Shown here one piece after another: positions 42,082-56,450 of a DNA stretch of 64,000 nt. Position numbers and translations under genes: made by a program. The notes under the pieces were generated by a model. That model saw only the letters and a program-made list of their open reading frames with translations, had not been told where the DNA came from and did not search any database. Each line of letters begins with the position of its first letter. The first letter of the stretch is position 1. Source of the DNA: Eledone cirrhosa (taxonomy: Eukaryota); assembly GCA_964016885.1 (NCBI GenBank), contig OZ024742.1, forward strand, positions 181,784,001 to 181,848,000. The letters run 5' to 3'.

Positions 42082-42121
<40 letters not shown>

Positions 42122-42126
<5 letters not shown>

Positions 42127-42887
42127 AATAATGGAGCTGCGGCGTTGCAAATGGGTTACATATAGAAAAGTGAGTCCTTCATCAGTGACCCTCCAACCGT
42201 CCTAGGCATTTCATCGCTTTAAGGGCCATATACCTCAGGTTGGTGCGAACAACGGCTAAAAAAAGTCGTTGGGACACGTAAATAAAGAGAACGTTAGGGT
42301 GAACAAACAAAATGGTTTAAGCAACAGAAAGTGAGAGGAAAGAGACAAGTCCCAGATTTCTATGAATATAAACTCGATAAAATCGTGAACTAGAGAATAA
42401 AGACCATCAGACCTGGTTGAAATGTGAGCAAGGAAGGAATTTCGCACAGGTCTAACGGGAGGAAGAAGAAGGGGTCTGGTCTGCGAATTCGGTAAACATA
42501 AGTTCTGTGAAGACGCAGACGAGAGAGAGAGAGAAAAAAAATTCATACCGGCTTGGCCAAGAGTGCGCGAGAAAAGAAATCGGACAGGTCAAGCGGGAAG
42601 AAAGAGGAGTGGAGGAGAGGTAGTGACAGGGTATGAGTGAGTGAAAGTTGAGGAAGAGGCTAACAGAGAGAGAGACTGCTAGAAAGGGTAAAGATACAAA
42701 GAGAGAAACAGACGGGTGGCAGCAGAGGAAAAAATATGTGTAAATATGATAATAATGGAGCTGCGGCGTTGCAAATGGGTTACATATAAAAAAGTGAGTC
42801 CTTCATCAGTGACCCTCCAACCGTCCTAGGCATTTCATCGCTTTAAGGGCCATATACCTCAGGTTGGTGCGAACAACGGCTAAAAAA
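42122..42887 (-). mobile_element. Partial-tandem element with a ~140-bp direct terminal repeat (PLE pLTR-like)
   Basis: 42122-42262 matches 42746-42887. An opposite-strand copy lies at 44704-44915. The ends abut (TA)n. Confidence 0.6.
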
Positions 42888-42982
42888 TATATATAAATAT
42901 ATACCCCCCCCCCCCCCTCAAGAGCGTGAACCTAATAAACCTTTATTTGTCTGCCTCTCTGTTTTGTTCCGGTCCAAATTTG

Positions 42983-43036
<54 letters not shown>

Positions 43037-43082
43037 GAAATAACAGGAGGCTGGACTGGTGTAATTCCTTGAAAGGTTTATT

Positions 43083-43140
43083 ATACTATGATCATTTCAA
43101 TGACCGCGTTCCATATGAATACGGTGATATCATCAGGTAT
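43083..43140 (-). ncRNA. Type I hammerhead ribozyme in a short insertion next to (TA)n
   Basis: Minus strand: atac-CTGATGA-tatcaccgtattc-atat-ggaacgcggtcatt-GAAA-tgatca-TA-gtat. Confidence 0.78.
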
Positions 43141-43470
43141 TGGAATATAATATAACAAAGGAATATGTAAAAAGCCATGGGTCCGAAAAATCAGAGACAG
43201 AGAGGACGGCTGACCGACTAGCTACTCAGCCAGCCGCCCTCAAAGTGTTGGCAACCGAAAAACTACCAATGAATAACTGGTGAGGGGGCGAAGTACTTAC
43301 TGCGTTGAGTTGAGTACTCTTCACAATATTACACCAGGATTGACCATACGGAACGACTAGTTCTATCCAGTGGTGAACCAATAAACCTAAAGATATATAT
43401 ATATATATATAAACATATCTCCCGTGCTATTTCCAACTTCATCTTTTCTCTCTTTCTCTCTCTCTCCCCC

Positions 43471-43539
<69 letters not shown>

Positions 43540-44096
43540 TGTTTCTACTTTTGGCACAAGGCCAGCAATTCACCAGTACATTACAGGTACTTTATTTTAT
43601 CGACCCCGTAAGGATGAAAGACAAAGTTAACCTCGGCGGGATTTGAACTCAGACCGTAAACTATGCTGGAAAGCAGACGTAACTATGCTGGAAAGCATGG
43701 CGTCCGACTCTCTCTACCGATACTGCCAATCCACAATGACAAGGAACAAGGATTCAGGATTGCATCATACCATATTCAATAATATGATGCAACACTGATA
43801 CCTTGATCCTTATCATTATAATATTATACTCTGCTCTGCGCGACCATCTCAGTGCCCAACCGGCATACCGCCTACGGATGCATTTATCTTGCAGCCTTAC
43901 AAGTCAAGATGGGTGCAGTAAAAACCAGTTAGACCATTACTCACCAGAGTACACGATACTTGGGGTAGAAGAGTGGGTAATATGAAGGATTCGGGCAAAC
44001 GACGGCTGAGCTCCTGCCGTTTCAACAGCTAGATTCGGATTTTGTTGTTGAAACGACAGGAACTCAGCCGTCGGATTCTCGAATCATTCATATATA

Positions 44097-44152
<56 letters not shown>

Positions 44153-44220
44153 ATGTATCATCATCATCATCATCATCATCATTTAACGTCCATCTTCCAC
44201 GCTTGCATGGGTTTGGACGG

Positions 44221-44312
<92 letters not shown>

Positions 44313-44628
44313 ATAATAATAAATTTGAAGACTAAAATCCAAAGAGGGCTCGATAAGGATAAATATATACTTGTCTGGAAGAAATCTGCTGTACTCCTAG
44401 AGGGGAGATAGGCTCCGCTAGGCTTAAAATGCCCAGGAAATGCCGTACAAGGCACATATGTGTGTGTGTGTGTGTGTGTGTATTATAAGGAGTTTCTACC
44501 CAATGGCTGAGCTCTTACCATTTCAACGCACGCGACTTCGAAACAGCAAGAGCTCAGGCGCCGGGGAGAAACTCATTTAACACCTGCGCTCTACTTTCTA
44601 AACTATCGAGTACTAAACTGAACAACTG

Positions 44629-44705
<77 letters not shown>

Positions 44706-45410
44706 CTGTTGCTTAAACCATTTTGTTTGTTCACCCCAGCGTCCCCTTTATTTACGTGTCCCAACGACTTTTTTTAGTCGTTGTTCGCACCAACCTGAGG
44801 TATATGGCCTTTAAAGTGATGAAATGCCTAGGACGGTTGGAAGGCCACTGATGAAGGACTTACTTTTTCATATGTAACCCATTTGCAACGCCGCAGCTCC
44901 ATTATTATCATATTTACATATATATATAGATATATATATATATGTATAAACCCTACACTGCAACATTTCTGTATATATTACTTCAATCATCATATTAATG
45001 TCTTCCATATGTCATTGACACCTCCACAGTCTTCCATATATCACCACATTGCTATCTTCCATATATCACTTCCGTTCCTCTCTCCTATCAAAGCCAATTG
45101 ACTTCTTAAGGAAATGAAATCAGTTCGCCGAAATTGTAGATCACCGGATTAAATTCATTAATGTATTTACTTTTAGTCTTTAATACTTCCAGTTGAAATT
45201 CTGCCTGGGTCAACGTTGACTTCCATCCTCCCAGGATCGATAACTGGCGGTAATATGAGGAAATAGATTCAATTAACTGTGTGCTCAACCTTTACAGAAT
45301 CACACGCACGCACTCACACACACACACGTGCACGCACGCACGCACACACACACACACACGTACGTACGTACGTATGTATGTATGTATGTATGTATGTATG
45401 TATGTATGTA

Positions 45411-45451
<41 letters not shown>

Positions 45452-45514
45452 ATATGTATGTATGTATATATGTATGTATGTGTGTATTTATGTGTCTATA
45501 CAACTCCTTCGTTA

Positions 45515-45575
<61 letters not shown>

Positions 45576-45781
45576 CGAAGGAGTTGTGGTAAGGAACCAG
45601 ATAGACCATAACGCACCAGAGTACTCAATATTTAGCGTAGTAGAGTGGGTAATAGGAAAATGTTAGACCCCAACGGCAGAGCTTAAGCCGTTTCGACGGC
45701 TATTTTGGGACTCAGAAATAGCCGTCGAAACGGTTTGAGCTCTGCCGTCGGGGTCTAACATTTTCATATATATATATATAT

Positions 45782-46040
45782 ATGTTAAAACAATGAAATA
45801 AAAAAATCAAGTCATTAGAAATATACTTCACTGCTTTACGATCGTTTCTAGGTGATGATAATACATCGTAACTATACCTCGTTAATGAGCTATGTAAGTT
45901 AGTTACAACCTTATGTAACTAACCTTACATAGATCGATAACGAGGTATAGTTACGATGTATTATCATCACCTAGAAACGATCGTAAAGCAGTGAAGTATA
46001 TTTCTAACGACTTGATTTTTAATTTCATTGTTTTAACATA
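45782..46040. repeat. ~260-bp palindrome made from the PLE 3' end seen at 12125-12250
   Basis: The right arm matches 12125-12250 (tgtaactaaccttacatagatc...gaaacgatcgtaaagcagtgaagtata). The left arm is its reverse complement. Confidence 0.9.
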
Positions 46041-46449
46041 TATCATGACTCTCTTTTCCTTTTAATGTTTTATTGTTTTCCGGGATTTATCTTACCTACA
46101 ACATTTTCAACATACGGATTACATTGAGTTCTTCATGCAGACTAGACCCCGCAATTTACCGTGAATATCTCTGTGTATGTATATATATATAGTTGTAAGA
46201 ACATTGCGCCCGTAGAGGGCATGCTGGTTGAGCACTCGATGCACGCGCAGAGCAGAGTATAATACTATAAAGATAAAGGAACAAGGATTCTCTGTTGCAT
46301 CATAACATATTTAATTACATATTACATATGTTTCATTATCGATCAGCACGAGGCAAGACCTATGATCGATCGAACCTGATTCTGTAATCGAAAGATCGTC
46401 AGATATTCTTGCTATATGATCCCGTCTCCGATAAATAAATGAATAAATA

Positions 46450-46936
46450 TATATATATAATTCAATTATATAAAATAAATGGAAACTATATTTATAAAAC
46501 CATATTTATTTTATTATATATATTTCAAGGGTAACCAAGACAACATTGGTTCGCTTTCATCAGATAAAATACAAAGTTTGTTTTATAAATAGAGACATAC
46601 TTATAGAGACATACTTATCGGTTTAAAATTCACTGGATAGTGGAAATATATTAGGGCTTATTCAAACTTATGTGTGACTATGCAAATGAATATGTAAATA
46701 ATTGAGAAACAACCGTTTATTTACACTGGAGAAAGAGAGAGAGAGAGAAAATATTAGGGGATAAAGATAGAAAATATTACGAGAGAGATAGAGAGAAGAA
46801 ATAGACAAGAGAAGATGAATATAACGTTAATTTGGGGGAAATATATTCTAAATAAATCTAATATTATGTTTATTTACGATTATTCGTTGTTTAAGATTCG
46901 TTTCTAATATAATATTTTCTGTTATAAGTAGCTAGA

Positions 46937-46971
<35 letters not shown>

Positions 46972-48702
46972 GTAAATAGATAAATAGATAAGTAAATGAA
47001 TAGATGGGTATATCGTGTTATAGATAATTGTTTTAATGAGTTATGGGGGATATTGGTTTTGTATTTAATGTAAGTAAATATTAAGTTAAATTAAATTAAA
47101 TTAACTGAGTTAATAAGAATATTTATATTTATATATATTAAAATGGGAAGATACGGAAGTTTTGTTTATTTATTCGTTAGTATCAGACTATTTTGTCAAA
47201 ATAAGTATAAATGTTGAAAGATATATTTAGCCAGAATTAGTTAGTGGTTATAAATCTAATAAAAGATATTGAAAAAATATAAAAAAATTGAGAAAAAATA
47301 AAAATAAAGAAATAATTTATAAGAGGTAAGTAATTTTTAAAAAATAAATAATTTTTAAAAAGGGATAAAAAATTAAAGAAATAAAAATAAAAAATAAAGA
47401 ATTAAAAATTATTAAGATTAAAATTACAATTAAAATAAAAATATATATTTAAAAAAAAAATATTATTAAATATTATTTAAATATTATTAAAATAAAAATA
47501 TATATAAGTGAAATTATAGCAAATGTTATAGATATGGTTTAGAGAAATCAATATATTAAAACCAAGTGGATGAGATTGTTATGGAAATAAGTAAAAATAT
47601 TATAAGTGTAATTATAATTTATATATAGTTCTAAATGTTGAATTCAGGCGATGTCTACAAGAATTAAATAAATTCGTTCTTAGATTAATAGAGTTCTTAC
47701 ATTTAAGTATGAAAAATATTTCCTCAACACACAATTTGCAGAATCTAGATAAAGCTGTGTTTCGGTAAACGGGTGCTTTCTAAATTATTTCCCAAGTTAA
47801 TGAAAAGTTCATATTTTTGCATTTTAAGTTCCATATCAGGTTTGAAAGAGAAGTTGAAGATTTTTTATCAAATCTTTTGAAAGAGCATTTGTGATTATTC
47901 CAGCGACGTTTAAATTCTGTAGAAGTTGCACCTACATAGTTAAATATATTATCACTGGTTTTGACTGTACATTTATAGACCACGTCCTTATCTAAACACT
48001 TATTTTGTAAAGGACAGTTTAATTTCATTCTACAGTTACATTTTGAGGCGTTGTTCTTATTCAGAACGGTACTATTATATTGGATATTGCTAGAGATATT
48101 ACTGCTATTTTGGTTATTTTGGTTATTTTGGTTAGGGTTTAAATTTTTATTATTGATTCTATTTATATTTTGTGCTATGTTCTTAGTAGTAGAGTAGGAT
48201 AGTTTTATAGTATGTCTGTTAAAGATTGAGTGGTATCTGTAGGCTTTAGGAAAACATTTATCTCGTGCTTTAAAGAATAGCTTTGCTAAAGGTGTTTTTA
48301 ACGCTTAATGAGAATGGGGGTGAGTACCAAATAATATTTCTCGTTCTATTTCTTCTGTTAGTTTAAGAGTTTAAGTTTGATTTTTTATTATAATTATAAT
48401 TAATAGTAGGGTTATTTGCCTTAATATTGTTGTCGATGTATTTAATCTTATTTATATAGCCTGCTCTATTTAAAGCTTCGTTATAATATTCTGCCTTATC
48501 GTCAAAAATGTTTTTATTAGTGGAGATGCGTGAAATACGTTGTTGGATAGAATTAACAATAGTGTTCTTGATAGATCTAGGATTATTAGAGTTAAAACTT
48601 ACATAGTTTAGATTCTCATTAATTTTATGGAATGGATAGTATAGCCATGTGTTAAGGTTTAATGTTACGTCTAAAAGTTAACAATTTTATAGTTATTCTC
48701 TA

Positions 48703-48710
<8 letters not shown>
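46450..48710 (-). mobile_element. 5'-truncated decayed PLE (RT C-terminus, Zn-linker, GIY-YIG, 3' region)
   Basis: ORF 47780-48028 reads CPLQNKCLDKDVVYKC...YVGATSTEFKRRWNNH. DNA at 48130-48710 is visibly homologous to 33590-34140. It ends in an HHR-bearing 3' region. Confidence 0.9.
46507..46571 (-). ncRNA. Hammerhead ribozyme at a PLE 3' end
   Basis: Minus strand: tattttat-CTGATGA-aagcgaaccaa..ttggttaccctt-GAAA-tatata-TA-ataaaata. Confidence 0.8.
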
Positions 48711-48774
<64 letters not shown>

Positions 48775-49217
48775 TTAGAAACACACAGATACATGCGGAC
48801 ACACACATATATACATGAATGCATCCGCACCCAACTGTGAGTTAAGGGTGCCAACTTCACCGATGTTGCTCAATGAATGACTGGGACAGACCAATTCAGT
48901 TTGAACCAGACTGAACCAGTATCAGAGTTAAAAATACATTATGAAGAGAGAAGAAACATTTAGATATAATTAGTAATAAAATGTATCATACCTAAACTGT
49001 TCCTAAATTCCTCGACTACGTAGTTTCGTGGCATAAACAAAAACAATATATCAAAGATATAGAGTCCCTGCGAGGTCTGCCGACTTATCAAGAGGATACC
49101 TCATTTTACTAGTCTCAAGAACGCGTCTACACGACGTGAGAAAGAATCCCAAAAGGCGGAGGGGGAGATAGTCACGCGATATAACGGTCGAGAAATATAT
49201 ATATATACACACACACA

Positions 49218-49250
<33 letters not shown>

Positions 49251-50081
49251 CCCAGTGCATTACTGGTACTTTTTTATCGACCCCGTAAGGATGAAAGGGA
49301 AAGTTAACCTCGGCTGGATTTGAACTTAGACTGTAAAGGGCCGTAACTCTATGCTAACAAGTATGGCGTCCTACCCTCTACTGACACTGTACGATCCGAG
49401 GGCTGAGCTTTTGCTGTTTCCAGACTCAATCTGGAACTAGCTGTTGAAACGGTAATTCCGCAGCCGTCGGTGCCTGACTCTTTAAAATAAGAGCATATTC
49501 TACTACCCCAAGTATGGAGTACTCTGGTGAGTAATGGTCTAACCAGTTTCAAACTATTTCACCCTGTTTAATATATATATATATCAACTAGAAATAGATT
49601 GACATATATATATATAGAAAATAAATACATGAAAGAATCACAGGGAATAATTTGTAAAGAATGTAAGCACACATAGCTAGGTAGGTAACTAATTAAAGTT
49701 TGACCAGAACTTCAAATATAGATACCTTTTAAAATGATTAATCTCCTTTGTATATATTTCTTTAAGTAAGAAATATATTTCACCTATTAATCCGTAAATC
49801 ACATCAGTTAAATTCTTGGATGTTCACCAAAGGAGAAGAAAATAACCATCTGTGTTTACACAGCAAATACAAATCTGTGAATGATTCGAACCACGTGTTG
49901 CATTTTTTAAAAAATACACTCGTTGAACAACGTCATCCCAGTGGCATGAATAGGACCATCGACAGCCAGAAATAGCAGCCGAGTCTATTCAACTGAATTA
50001 GCTCAACAATCAAGGGGCCGTATATATATCCAAAATTAAAATTAAGGGTTGTCATGTAACCCTTAATTTTAATTTTGGATA

Positions 50082-50127
<46 letters not shown>

Positions 50128-50130
<3 letters not shown>

Positions 50131-50343
50131 GCTGGGCCAGAATTCATGACTCGCTCGTTAGTTATATTTCTTAACATGCTTATTCTATGGTTATTAATTA
50201 AATATGTACATGTGTTTTCTTACCGTATCTTGTTCATGATCTTATGCCTATATATGGTATTATACTCCTTAACTTGTTTTATAACATTTTGTGTTAATAG
50301 ATCTATAAATAATCAAGTGAGTCATGAATTCTGGCCGACCCTG
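50128..50343. mobile_element. Tc1/mariner-type MITE
   Basis: TA|caggctgggccagaattcatgactc ... gagtcatgaattctggccgaccctg|TA: ~25-bp TIRs with TA flanks. Confidence 0.8.
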
Positions 50344-50731
50344 TATAATATATATATATATATAACGAAGGAGGTGTGGTAAGGAACCAGATGGACCATA
50401 ACGCACCAGAGTACTCAATACTTAGGGTAGTAGAGTGGGTTATAGGAAAATGTTTGACCCCGACAGCAGAGCTCAAGCCGTTTCGACGGCTATTTCTGGA
50501 CTACTAGAAATAGACGTCGAAATAGCCAGAAATAGCCGTCGAAACGGCTTGCGCTCTGCCGTCGGGGTCAAACATTTTCCATATATATATATTGGTAAAT
50601 AAATGAACGAATGAGAGAATAACAATGCGGATTAAGTGTATTAATCCATTGGTTTACAATCCTTACATCTTTGAGGAGAACACCACTTTTCGCTGAACAC
50701 GTATTCATACATACATACATACATATGTGTA

Positions 50732-50797
<66 letters not shown>

Positions 50798-50814
50798 CGT
50801 GCGTGTGTGTGCGT

Positions 50815-50928
<114 letters not shown>

Positions 50929-53542
50929 ATGTGTGTGTGTGTGTGTGTGTGTGTGTAATTGGTTTTCTGCCAAATATAAATAAATTAATATCTATTGCTG
51001 TTTATAGCCAGTGTTGGATGGTGGAGTATGATAGTGAAGTGTAATGAATTATTAGCGTCCATCAGACGTTGAAGTATATTAATGAACTGACCAAGCGTAA
51101 GATTCGGGTCAGAGAGATAAATAAATGAAAAAAAAATGGGATGCCTCATTGCAAAGCCAACTTTATTCTTTGCTTTGTTTTGAGGCGGGGATCTAGCTTC
51201 AATAGTTCCGCACTCTTTTGTCTATTGACTGGAGATACTGGCGTCGCTCGTTGCCGACTCGATTACGAGCAGTTATTTGCCTCTATCAGATACCGTATCT
51301 TATCATCTTCTCTACCATAAACACTTAGATGAGTTTTATGTTCCGACATTATTTTAAATGTTTCTCTTTTTCATTTTTTATAATATATGTGGCAAGGAAT
51401 TTGTTCAAAGACATCATCAATATGTACTGCACTCGGGTACATTACTCCAAAATGGATTTTCAGTCCGGAAGTGAATGTATAAAGGGGAGCAGTGCCTGGG
51501 TGGGGTTGCTGGAATAACATGTGATTGGGAATAGACCCTAATATCCGGTGTAGAGTTAATGGTAGGATATGTGAAGGAGTATAATTATCTAAGGGAACTG
51601 ATGTTGATATTGTTGCTGTTTAGCCCAGGTGAGACCAAAATGAGTGGACTTATGATGTTGTTTATGCCCTGATCCTATGGCAGGAGAGTGACTTATTAGC
51701 TCAGTGTTGTTTAACTAGACACATAGGTTTCTAAATAACTTGTCTTTTATAGAAAAAATCTAGCTCACGCTATCGGCCACAGTTTACCCAAAAGTAATAA
51801 TTGGAGTCAAAGCAAAAACCCCAGTTTTCAAAATGCACAAATAAGTCATTGTCCTCCTTTCTCTTGCTTGTTTTGGCTACACAATACTGCTAAGTAGTAT
51901 TTAGATAGCAAAAAATGAGACGAGATTTCCATTTATGTTATTGTCATTAAAAGTTTCAGAATTCTTTTTGTTTGGTAAAATATTTGTGTATGTGTGAGCG
52001 AAAGTTTTGTTGTTGATGTTATTGCCAAAAGTATCATTTGGATTGTTCGTATTAATGTATTCAAGGCAACATTATCCATAAAACTGTCAAGGCTGAAGCT
52101 CCGGAGGCTCGCAAGGACTAGGGACTAACCATTTATTTATTTATCTTTATTTTACTGTAGTTAGGTGAAAGATTGAAGTACCAGCTGGTCCTGAAATAAC
52201 GGGAAGACAGGGTTCCCGCTCTGGGTTTATACGACGATGGGGTTAGTGTCTATAACAGTGTTGTAATTATTTTCCTTTAAAACGTATTTTACTGGGAAAC
52301 ATTCTAGTAAGATTTTTTTTCGCGTGTATAAACTGTTGAGTTACGATAACCTTCATTAAGTTCGATTTGGTGGATCTTGCGCAAAGTTATGAAGTACATG
52401 TGTGTAGAAAGTAAAATGAAATTTTAGCTAAAAACATCCGTTTTTTCTGAGCCCTATATGGGCAATTGTCCAGATTTTCCAATTCATCTCATGTGGATAA
52501 TAATTTCATAAACTGTTTTCCATATAGTATCCCTAGATAATATTAAGAAATATGAAGAGGGAAATGATAAGTCATTTGTTACAAATTAGTAGTCAACAAC
52601 AAGAACAACAACAACAAGAACAATACCAACAACAACAATAATAACAGCAACCGCATTATTTTGAATTACATTGAATTCTCCATTGAAAAATGTATTAAAA
52701 GGCTAACATATAATATTTATGTACTTTGGTAGAGTCATACTTTTTAATTAAAACAGGCGCACCGAAATATTTTTCATTTCAGTTTTCATAATTAATCAGG
52801 TATTCATCCATCATCGGCTAATTACTTAATTGTTAAAACCCTCTCATCACACAGTCAGTGACCTTATCAATGACGTTTTGTCCTTTGTGTTTCCTCTGTG
52901 GCTTGACTTTAACTTTATTCCATCTTGCTCTATTTGTCTTTCTGAGACATTAACCAAATGATGGATGGATTCATACATTACCTGATTAATAATATAGCCG
53001 AAGTGAAACGCGACTGATTGGCAGCATGAACCTCCCCAAGTGCAATATTATTTGTTTCAAAAGAAAATTTCACATAAAGAGTCTTGCTAAACAAAATTTA
53101 TTATTTCATACTGTTTGTTTCCTTTCAATAGAACTAAAGGCGGTGATGTAACAGTGTTGTTATGATGTCAGATAAAATTATTTTCGGTATTTGTTCTGGC
53201 GCCCTGTGTTCAAAGCCCCTCGTCGTCAATTTCCCTTTTCATCATTTCGAGGTCGATAAATAAAGTATCAGTTCCATACTGTGTCAACTCCCACACCCCG
53301 ATCTCTCTCTCTCTCCCTCTCTCTCGATCGATATATATATATATATATATTTAACATAGAAATGGCTTCTACAGAACTAGAACTGTTTCATTCGAAGGAA
53401 ATCACCAGGAAAGTACTTTCCTGATATATTTCCTTCAAATGAATCAGTTCTAGTCCTGTAGAAGCCAATTCTATATTAATTATTTATACTCTGCTATGCA
53501 TTGAGTACCTTACTTACTGTGATACACACAGAGAGAGAGAGA

Positions 53543-53655
<113 letters not shown>

Positions 53656-54238
53656 ACCTACACATAGATAGGTAGGTATATTTCTCTGTTTTGACCAGGA
53701 GGCAACGGGCTCCACTAGGTTAAAATGACAAAGTCACGCTGTATGTCAAAATGGCTTTTCTACGAATCCTTCAAAGATGGATGGCCCATTGTATTATAAA
53801 TAAAAGAACTAGCAACTGCAATTAACACCACGACCAAATATAAAAACAAAATACAACAACGCCAATATCACCTCAAGCAAAATAACAGAAATCAATAATT
53901 AAAAAAAAAAAAAAGTGAAAATAAAACAAAGTAAAAAAATAAAATGGATCAGCAAAGATGTTTTGGAAAATAGCGAAATTATTTAAGTAATTTGGTTTAA
54001 CCCACTTATGGTTGAGTGAATTTAACAAAACAGAAAGCCTTCTAATTGATGTTCTGATTAATACTAATCTTGTTTAATGAGTTGAAATGTGTTATATATA
54101 TATATCCATCATTCTATCTGCATGGGTTCCTACCTACCTACATACATACATACATAGAGAGAGATTCACACAGCTACGCACGCATATATATATATATATA
54201 TATATACACGCACGAATATGTATATATATACATATATT

Positions 54239-54272
<34 letters not shown>

Positions 54273-54286
54273 TATATATATATATT

Positions 54287-54317
<31 letters not shown>

Positions 54318-54427
54318 ATATATATATATACACCTATATATACCTATATGTGTATTTATATATATATATGTATAATACGTATATATACATATATGCGTAT
54401 ATATATACATATATAATATATAATTTT

Positions 54428-54583
<156 letters not shown>

Positions 54584-54636
54584 CATATGTATATTTATAC
54601 ATATATAAATATATTTATACATATATATATTTATAC

Positions 54637-54718
<82 letters not shown>

Positions 54719-54774
54719 GTATAAATATATATATGTATAAATATATATATATGTATAAATATACATATGTATAA

Positions 54775-54807
<33 letters not shown>

Positions 54808-54882
54808 TATATATATATATATATATTTATACATATGTATATTTATACATATATATATATTTATACATATATATATTTATAC

Positions 54883-54964
<82 letters not shown>

Positions 54965-55171
54965 AAAAAAAGATGAAATCGAAAATGCAACTGGAGTCTT
55001 ATTTTTAAAAATATATATATATTTATTTGGTTCCTTTACCGGTTTCGCAGTTCTTCTGCTTTTCAAAAGTAGAGTTGAGATGGAGGGTCTGTGGTTTTTA
55101 AGAATATATATATATATATATATGTATATACAATATTAAATAAATGGAAACTATATCTATAAAACCATATT

Positions 55172-55237
55172 TATTTCATTATATATATTTCTGGGATAAC
55201 ATATTAACAATATGCTATGCCTTCCTCAGACAAAATA
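55172..55237 (-). ncRNA. Hammerhead ribozyme in a short PLE 3'-end fragment, related to 46507
   Basis: Minus strand: tattttgt-CTGAGGA-aggcatagcatattg/taatatgttatccca-GAAA-tatata-TA-atgaaata. Flanking DNA at 55135-55260 resembles 46470-46590. Confidence 0.75.
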
Positions 55238-55330
55238 CAATATAAACAGTTTTATAGATAAATAGATTCGACATATGTATATATATATATGTATGTATGC
55301 ATGCATATATATATGTATATGTATATATGT

Positions 55331-55875
55331 TAGCTCACCAGTTGGTGCTACTGGAAACATGTATCCCAGTACAACCTGTCTCATGGTCGGGTTGTTGGCG
55401 ACTAAACTGGCAACCCCACCAAGGTTTCCTGGTGAGGAGGGTGACTTTGGACATCCTGCAGGACTAAAAACAAAACCTGTCAACGGGAAAAGTAGCTCTT
55501 AAGAGTCAATGGCCATCCAAAATCACCGGGAGAGATGATCCCTTAGCCTTTGTGAAGACAGAATTCTAGGAGAAGGAAAACTCTGATGGTATCCAATGAT
55601 GTTGACTTGTTCTTCTTTTTGGTAAATATCATCTTGGTTAAGAGAGTGGGACTGGCTTTGTGCAGTGCCTTTGCTCACTATAAAAGCTTCACGGCAGAGG
55701 TATTGATTTATATCTGGAGATCTCTCTGCACTTGTCGTTACATGGTACCATGGGCCCAGCACTATGTGTCAATAATTGTCACAAGTGTAGTGTTTGTACC
55801 AGAGTTTTCAAGTCACTGGCTGGACTAAAATGTCACACTTGTTCAGCGCATCGGTAGGGGTTCTCCTACATGGAT
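55331..55875 (+). mobile_element. Copy of the same RTE-derived retroposon
   Basis: Matches 5896-6458, with a small internal deletion. Confidence 0.85.
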
Positions 55876-55949
55876 ACATACATACACACATACATACATA
55901 CATACATACATACATACATACATACATACATACATACATACATACATAC

Positions 55950-56450
55950 ATAGAATATATTGAGACAGATGGCACAAAAGAATACTGGTGGAACCTGAAA
56001 ATAAAAACTGCCACCAAATTAAAGCACAACCGAACTGATATTGTTGTTTGGGACCACACATTGAAAACGTGTTCTGTTTTGAAGTTCAGTTGCCCACTTG
56101 ATGTAAACGTTGTCAGAAAAATACAGGAGAAGGAGGACATCTACGGACCATTGATGAGGAGTTTACAAATCCAGTATCCAAGATACAACTTTAGTTTCAT
56201 ACCCATCATTATTGGAGCTACGGGTTATATACCAACCCGCTTGGAACAAAGTATGACTGAACTTGGATTTGCGGACAAAGAGCGCAGCTCCCTAATTCAT
56301 AGTCTACAAATGACTGCGATAGCTGGGACCTTCAAAATTTGCAAAACATTCTTGCGATTCAAGGGATGACAATATCTTTTCTTTTACAACCTTGCCACCA
56401 GGAAGGTGGCCGGTCAAAAAAATATACTCGAAATTAAGAGAAAGAGATAA
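55950..56450 (+). mobile_element. 3' fragment of an RLE-type LINE (R4/Dong-like): restriction-like endonuclease domain and 3' UTR
   Basis: HNRTDIVVWD...FSCPLD...KEDIY..L...PIIIGATG matches the R-P-D..E..K..Y...PIIIG RLE signature. Flanked by (CATA)n on both sides. Confidence 0.8.

Larger units (their letters stand above)
37668..42089 (+). mobile_element. Full-length Penelope-like retroelement (GIY-YIG type with Zn-linker; Neptune/Nematis-like) with tandem pseudo-LTRs and a 5' inverted tail
   Basis: Direct repeats 37777-38146 and 41720-42089 look identical by eye. 37668-37778 is the reverse complement of 38123-38233. One uninterrupted RT-EN ORF lies between the repeats, and both ends abut (TA)n. 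Confidence 0.95.
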
